Part shown: piece by piece, positions 57,301 to 64,000 of the stretch
How positions within the stretch are numbered: the stretch's first letter is position 1
Layout: every line of letters begins with the position of its first letter
NCBI RefSeq assembly: GCF_000150275.1
Contig: NW_002060954.1
Coordinates: forward strand, 992,001 to 1,056,000
DNA length: 64,000 nucleotides
Source of the DNA: Trichoplax adhaerens
Taxonomy: Eukaryota > Animalia > Placozoa
Direction: 5' to 3'
Position numbers and translations under genes: made by a program
The notes under the pieces: model-generated
Seen by the model: only the letters and a program-made list of their open reading frames with translations
What the model was told of the DNA's origin: nothing
Databases searched by the model: none

Positions 57301-60300
57301 TTTAATATATTAGCAGCAGATTAAAGTAGCGTGATCACCGAGTTTGATACTAAAAAAACTAAAATGTATCGTCAAGTATCAAATATTAAAGCGATAATTT
57401 TGTACCTGCACCGTTGCCAGGCTATCACCGTAGTCATCGCTATTAACCATAGCGAATTTCTCGTTGATCCAAGATTCCTCTTCTTCGACATCGAACATAA
57501 ATTGCTGATAACCATAGGATTGCTCTAATTTTTCAGTCCTGTTTACGATTTAGAAACAGTCATACGTATGTTATAATTTATTTTAATTGACTTTTTTAAA
57601 ATACATATCTAGAGTTGGCACATAAAAATTAAAATCAGCTTCTTTCACCTTCTTGCAACGGCATCTTTCAATTCCATCCATAGATTGCTGACGCTTTCGG
57701 AACGATTTTTGATATCAGCTTGTGGATAACTCTCATCGTTTAGTAATTTATCAGCAGTTTCTTGAATGTTCTAATAATGATATCGAAATATTATGGTCCC
57801 GATGTAAAATAATCAAATTATTATTGAATTCTTACCTTTATGCGATTGTCATGGCCGGATAACTCTGTCTGAAATCTCTGATGGTTTTTACGCAAATTTT
57901 GGACACTTGTAAGATCTTTTCCATAGTCTTCCGAGCCCATGAGTAGCTTCTTTTCACTGTAATAATGTGATGATAAATATACATGGTATAAATGAAATCA
58001 TACAAGTACGCGCAGTTGTATTACCTTATCCATGTCTCTTCATCTTCGATATCACGATAGAACTGAAATAGTATGTATGACTTTTGTAGCTTGTCGTGGC
58101 GAACTGCGCAAAGACCTTTTACTCTATTTGAAAGATTTACGGGTTTATTTATTTGTTTGACAATAAGATACTCAGGTTACTGCTAGTTACTTGTTAAATT
58201 TATCAGCGACATCTTTGATCTGTTCCGCGATAGTATCCTTGCCATAATGATCACCAGCAATTAGGTCTTGTCCTTGTTTTTTTAGATCCTCAACACGTTC
58301 CTATTTCAATAAACGTTAAGAGTTAAACAATCGTAGAGGTAGTAAGACCATTAGTTACGTTCGTACCGCATGGACTTCAACGTCAGCTAGGAGTACTTGA
58401 TGCTTTTTTAGAATGTTGGAGACGGTTACTAAATCTTTACCGTAATCTTCACCAGTCAGTAAAACTTCGATCTATGCGTAAAATAAATCCATGTTTAAAA
58501 TCAATCTTACATAAAACGGTTTACATCATTGCTCAAATTTGCACCGTAACTATACGCATAAATCATAAGGCACCTTCCATCTGACATAAATTCATTTCGT
58601 TTAAATACTTATCTCTTTGATATAGTAATAGGTGCAAGTATATAGTTTACCTGTACAAACCAAAAGTCTAAGTCCTTCACGGTATTTGTAAATTGTAAAA
58701 GGACGCTAGCTTCCTTCAGTCTTGTGTTTTTTTCCGACATTTGTTCCTTTAATTTCAGCAATTGATCTTCCAAATCTTTAATACGCTTCTTAACATCCTC
58801 TTCGTTACCAGAGCAAGCGTCATTGGCCATAAGATCTGGTAAAAATAAATATTGCTGATTGTCACGTTTACATATACTGCAATCATTACATATTATTCAC
58901 TGCCATGTCCGACAGATTTATAACGTATAGGAAAGATGACCAACCATTTCCCATATCAATAACTGCTTTAATACGATCTTCATTTGCAGCTACTTCTGCT
59001 TCCAAAGCTTGTTGCTTCTGCAATTTACTCTGTATAGATTTTAAAACAAATGCTGAAATTTAGTAATTGTTAACTCGGTTAAAATTTTGCACTTTTTGCT
59101 AGCGCAAAATTATTAGCATTATACGATTTCTGACAGGGTTACAGATAATTTACTTGAACGAAAGCTGGATCTTGATAGGAGTCGTCTTGTAGTGATTTCA
59201 ATTTGTCATTTAGCCATCCTTCCATTTCGTCTGCATCGAGATTGAATTGATTTAGGGTTTTTGTTTGTCCAAGTTTAGAGCGATGAGATTCCAACATGTC
59301 CTTTAGTTTATTCCATCTACATGTCAACATTATAGTTTAGACCAAACAAAAGATAGGGATCGCGGAATTATTCCATTTATGAATACCTGTCAAGAATTTC
59401 GTCGCGTTTACTAGCAATAGACTCGGCATCATAATGACCTTCTTCAGTTAGCAGATCAGACATATCCCTTAAGGCATTAATTTTTTCTTCCTGTATACGT
59501 TTAAATTAGCATCGGACATTTAGACAAAAACGAATACTAAATATTTATAAACTTCAGTAGTTACATGGATATAATATTACCTGTAAGGCAAAGGCTTTGT
59601 CAAGATTCTCACGCTTTTTGCTACCTGTGGTATCTTCTTGAGCTGCAATGTCGTATGTAGAGAAAAAATTTTCTTTAACAGACATCCAACTTTCAGCTTG
59701 TTGAGCATCCCTGTGGAACATCTGCATACGCAGGAAAACAAATAAAATGACTGTTATGCATTGACGCAAAGTACATCTATAAATTCATAATCAATATTTT
59801 TTGTGTCGCTGACCTGTAGGCCAAGACATTGATCAAGCCGCACTTTTCTAAACTCCCAATTGCTGTAGTTGAAGAGAAATAAGCAAAATAAATTAATGAT
59901 AAAGATTTAAAGAAAAATTAAAAACTTATAGAAGTGCGTACTTTTCTAACTGCTGCATATCCACTTGAATTGAAGATAATTTCTCACTTATATCTTCACT
60001 TGCATAGTGTTCCTTGTCAATTAAACTTTGACCAAAATTTTTTAAATTTTGCAAACTTTCGTCACGAGAATCAATCTCGGTTCGATGTTCCTGAACAAAT
60101 GGTAGCATAAAATTAGTTTTTCGATTTCATGAGAACTGGTTCGCATAGCTACGACATTTGTGAAGGTTTAGAATGTAACACCAAGTGTGCCTAATTATGC
60201 CTCTAGTTAATTGTATTGTGAGTACCAGGTGCACTTCAAGAAGGGTTTCAGCTCCAGGAACATCATGAGCTAATTCATTGGATGAAACCAATGAATTCAT

Positions 60301-63300
60301 ACCATTAATCCAAGAAGATATATCCCTAATTATCAAATCATAAAACTATAGTTAATATAAAACTACTATATGGGAGAAAATTAATAATCACTAGAACCTG
60401 TGATCATTTAAAAATTGTTGATAGTCCTGAGAGTCGGTTAGTTTGGCTTTTCGTGATGCTGCCTAAATACATACAGTAAAGTAGATATTTTAATTTTCTT
60501 ATTGTCACTGGACCGCCTTAAATTATGTAGGTTTACCTGTTTCACGAGGTTATCCCAAGCTTCAGCGATTTCAGATTGCTTAGCGCAAATTCTTTCCGCA
60601 GAATCTGGGTGGATTTCCGCTAATTTTGTAGCTTCAACATCAAGTCCTTGAATCTAATTTATTAGTTTTCAGCAAGGTTTGTAAGTCAGAGTAGTTTAAG
60701 ATAAAATTAAAGTAAGTTGCGGGGCATAGCGAACCTTATCTTCTAAGACCGCAATATCTCGTTCAATTCCATCATGCTTGCGCATCAGTGCTTGAACGCT
60801 AGCTAGATCTCGTCCGACTTCATCAGAGGACATTACGGCAACTTTCTCACTTATATAGGACGTCGTCTCATCAGCATCCCTTGGAAGAAATTTTAAAGAT
60901 TTGAGAATTATTATCATCACCACAAGGACTCTGAGTTAGGGCTTTAAGTCAGCTATAATACTACCTAAAGAACTTGTGAATATCGTGAGAACCACTCAGG
61001 TCAGCTCTGCGTTTTTCCGTCAATTTTTTGAGATTGTCCCAATTTTCTAACAAATTCTAAATACCCACAGAGAATAAATTATTAATCAATAGATGACATT
61101 TTATGGCAGTCATAGTGAGTCAAACTAACCAATGTTTGTTGCCGAATTGCTTCAGCATCAGAATGACCTTCGTTCTGTAATTTTTGCGAAACTTCATTAA
61201 CTTCATTGACACGTGTTTCATTTGCCTCAAGATCCTAATAAGGAAACAGCAGATATTCCAGTATGATTAAAGAACCCAAATAATTTTAGATATGGTACAT
61301 AGGTTTGAGATTTGAAAAGGTACTATTCTTACTTTAAGAAAATCGTCGAACTTTTGTTTTAAAGCTTCAACATGATCTAGATCATTTCCTAATTCAGCTG
61401 AAGTATTGGCAGCTTTCTGTTTGTACGTTTGGTTAATGTTATACATACTTTGATCAACATATCATGTATGATAAAATAGTATATTTTAAGTGTTGTGATA
61501 TTTACTTTCTCTTCGATCCATGTTTCAAGTTCGCTCATTTCACGGCTTAGTCCATGGCGTTTATAAGAGTCTACTAACTTCTGTCGTCTTTCTCTTGCTT
61601 TCTTGAGCAGTGCATTATACCTTTTGTTAATGAAATAAAATTAGATATATTTAAAGAAGGGTGATTTAGGCGATAGTAATCATTACAACCTTAATCTACT
61701 GCACTATTGCACACCCTACCTATCATCTAGAGCTTGTTGGCGACTTGCAACATTTTCTAACTCAACTGGACCCATCATAGACATGCGAGAGACCGATAAT
61801 CTCGATACCGATCTTGGCCGTACCGTTGGACTTAGCGATGAAACAGGACTTAGAGGCGTTTCACTCGAATTGTCGGATACCTGCATCAAGATGGAAGCGG
61901 GAACAAAACCGACCTTGTCATCTTTAACAACCTTCCACCATTTCTAGAAGTATTAAAAATGATAACCAAAAAGTGAATAACTTAAGAGATCATATATACT
62001 ATAATTGCATTATATGGGACTAACGGGATTGGCAGCATGCACAACGGATACTACGTCGTCTTTTTGTAACGATAGTTCATGTGAACTATCTGGGTCGAAG
62101 TCTTCTAAAGCTTTCATTTCCGTACCAGGAGGGACTTCCGACGCAGATGGTTTAATATCCTAAAGCGATCATATAAGGGTAATTTAGGAGGAATTACTGA
62201 CAAGTATAGCAAACTGTATATAAACAAAATTCATTTAAAACTGTCCAACAACACTTCTTCATCGACTATTCAAGATTAAAAGGATAGATAACCTTGCATT
62301 TACTGCTTGCAGTTCTTAAGTTGTCTATCGTTTCCCCGTACGCTTCAATTTCCGATAATACCGCGTCGTGTTTTCTTAATAGTGACTATTTAAGAAGATT
62401 TACCTTAAGCATCGGCGCAACTAAAGCAAATTATCATAGTGAAGTCTAACCTGAGCACTATCTTCGTCTTTGCCGTAATCAGTACTTGATGTTAGTTGAT
62501 CTTTATCTTTAATCCATTGTTCTGCCTCGCTACTATCAGCAAAGTACTGGTGAGTTCGCAACGAGTCATCCAATTCACTTTTTCTTCCAATACATTTGTC
62601 CTTTTAAAATTTATTCAGAATTTTAATAACAAATAAATTTTATCCTTCTATAATTTTTATTTTAGGTGTTATGTTAACCTTAAGCAAATTCCATGCGTCT
62701 TTCAGTTTATTTATTCCTTCATTTATATCGTTCGTTGCATAATGTTCTGGTTAAAAGTAAAACATTTATTTTTAATATGCGTAAACTAAATATTGCACGA
62801 TTAGTTAAGTTAACTACTTTAATAGAAATTTTAATATCGTCTGTCCCTTTATAAAAAGCATATCGTCTATAGGAATTTTAGAAAATGCTAAGAGATAATA
62901 TATACATTTATGTTACTTTACGATCATTTCAGAATTCAATTTCTTACCATCATCAATAAGCTTTTGTCCATCTGCACATACAGCATCTATTTTTGTTTCG
63001 TGGTTATCAATCTCGGTCTAAGTAAATATTGAGATACTTTAATGGCGATAACTAGTTCATTAATTCACATTGACATCATTTGTGGTACGTACTTGCATTG
63101 CTTGATGCTTCTTTATTAAACTCTGTACCGTTAGGAGATCTCGGCCATGGCTACCTGAAGAAGCAATAGCCTCTTTTTCTCGAATCCAGGTTTCTTCATC
63201 TTCTACGTCTCTCAAAAATTGAAACAGCAGTAGAGAATCATTAAGTTTTGCTTTTCGTTCTGAGACTGGATCCTGTAAGTTCATACAAAATTTAAAGTTA

Positions 63301-63949
63301 GAGTTCATATCATATAATTGTGCATGAAAATACGAGAGTCAGGGGTGAAAGAGAATATATATTATAATACCTCAAGTCCTGAAAATCTCAAGGCAACTTG
63401 TTGTTGCTTATCTTTAATACTATCAGCATGGAAATGTTCTTCGGAGATGAAAGCATCTGCTTGTTCTGTAATTGCTTTCAAGGCTTCAGTATGAGCTGCT
63501 ATATCGGCCTCTAATAGGGTATGTTTCTTTATCAAATTTTGTACGCTGACCAGATCCTATATTATTATTAAATACAATAGATAAATTATAACACATTCTG
63601 ATAAGATTATGATATTATCATATTATTTACTCTGCCAATGTCTTCAGAATATAATTGTAACTCCACTTCTGCTATCCAACGTTCCATATCATCAACTTCT
63701 CTATTGAATAGTAATTCTCGATGGGCATCTCTTAATTTTGAGCCTTTATCCGATGATAAGCGAACAAGTTTATCCCATAATCCATTGATTTCATCTAGTT
63801 TATCTTCAATTTTATCAGTTTTTGGGTGTTCAGCTTCGATTAAAGCTTTTCCGGAATTATTAACATTGTCTATTCGTGTTCTATTTGCAGAAACTTCTGC
63901 TTCAAAGGCTTGATGTTTACGAAGTTTGCCTTGCATGTTGGATAAGTCC
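54336..63949 (-). CDS. SPTAN1: Spectrin alpha chain, 3' portion (spectrin repeats, SH3, EF-hands); gene continues beyond the window
   Basis: Many short exons colinear with alpha-II spectrin: [11 protein letters not shown]3 ([16 protein letters not shown]), [65 protein letters not shown]-hands [26 protein letters not shown]; ends [16 protein letters not shown]. Confidence 0.98.
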
Positions 63950-64000
63950 TAGTAATCCATTAAGCATATTTAAAAGTTTGCACTTTATTATGTTATTTCC

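Noticed and set aside
54524-63913. Plus-strand ORFs within the spectrin locus (e.g. 54524, 55251, 63638)
   Set aside because: Antisense shadows of spectrin exons.

Overview
AT-rich, intron-dense eukaryotic (metazoan) DNA. The compact genes, short introns and conserved animal gene set suggest a placozoan such as Trichoplax (inference, not verified). I hand-spliced eleven protein-coding genes: FTSJ3/SPB1 last exon (+), USP30 (+), PP1 catalytic subunit (-), PRKRIP1 (+), INO80E (-), two tail-to-tail SRF-type MADS-box paralogues (+/-), HRD1/SYVN1 (-), TMEM120 (+), an uncharacterised multidomain gene (-) and the 3' part of alpha-spectrin (-). Main signals: (1) the uncharacterised gene at 42.3-51.7 kb appears to join three copies of an unnamed beta-rich repeat, a bacterial-style Ig-like module, a malectin domain, an F-box-associated (FBA) lectin domain without a recognisable F-box, and KLC/NPHP3-type TPRs; (2) dense self-complementary CAGTA/TACTG pentamer arrays sit at the promoters of the housekeeping genes, including all three head-to-head pairs, one with foldback-like structure; (3) a local SRF duplication with one diverged copy; (4) an extra CCCH zinc finger in INO80E; (5) an ERSE-like element upstream of HRD1. 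I recognised no rRNA, tRNA or CRISPR features. Most short ORFs in the supplied track are spurious or are exon fragments. All family assignments are by eye and from memory; no searches were run.
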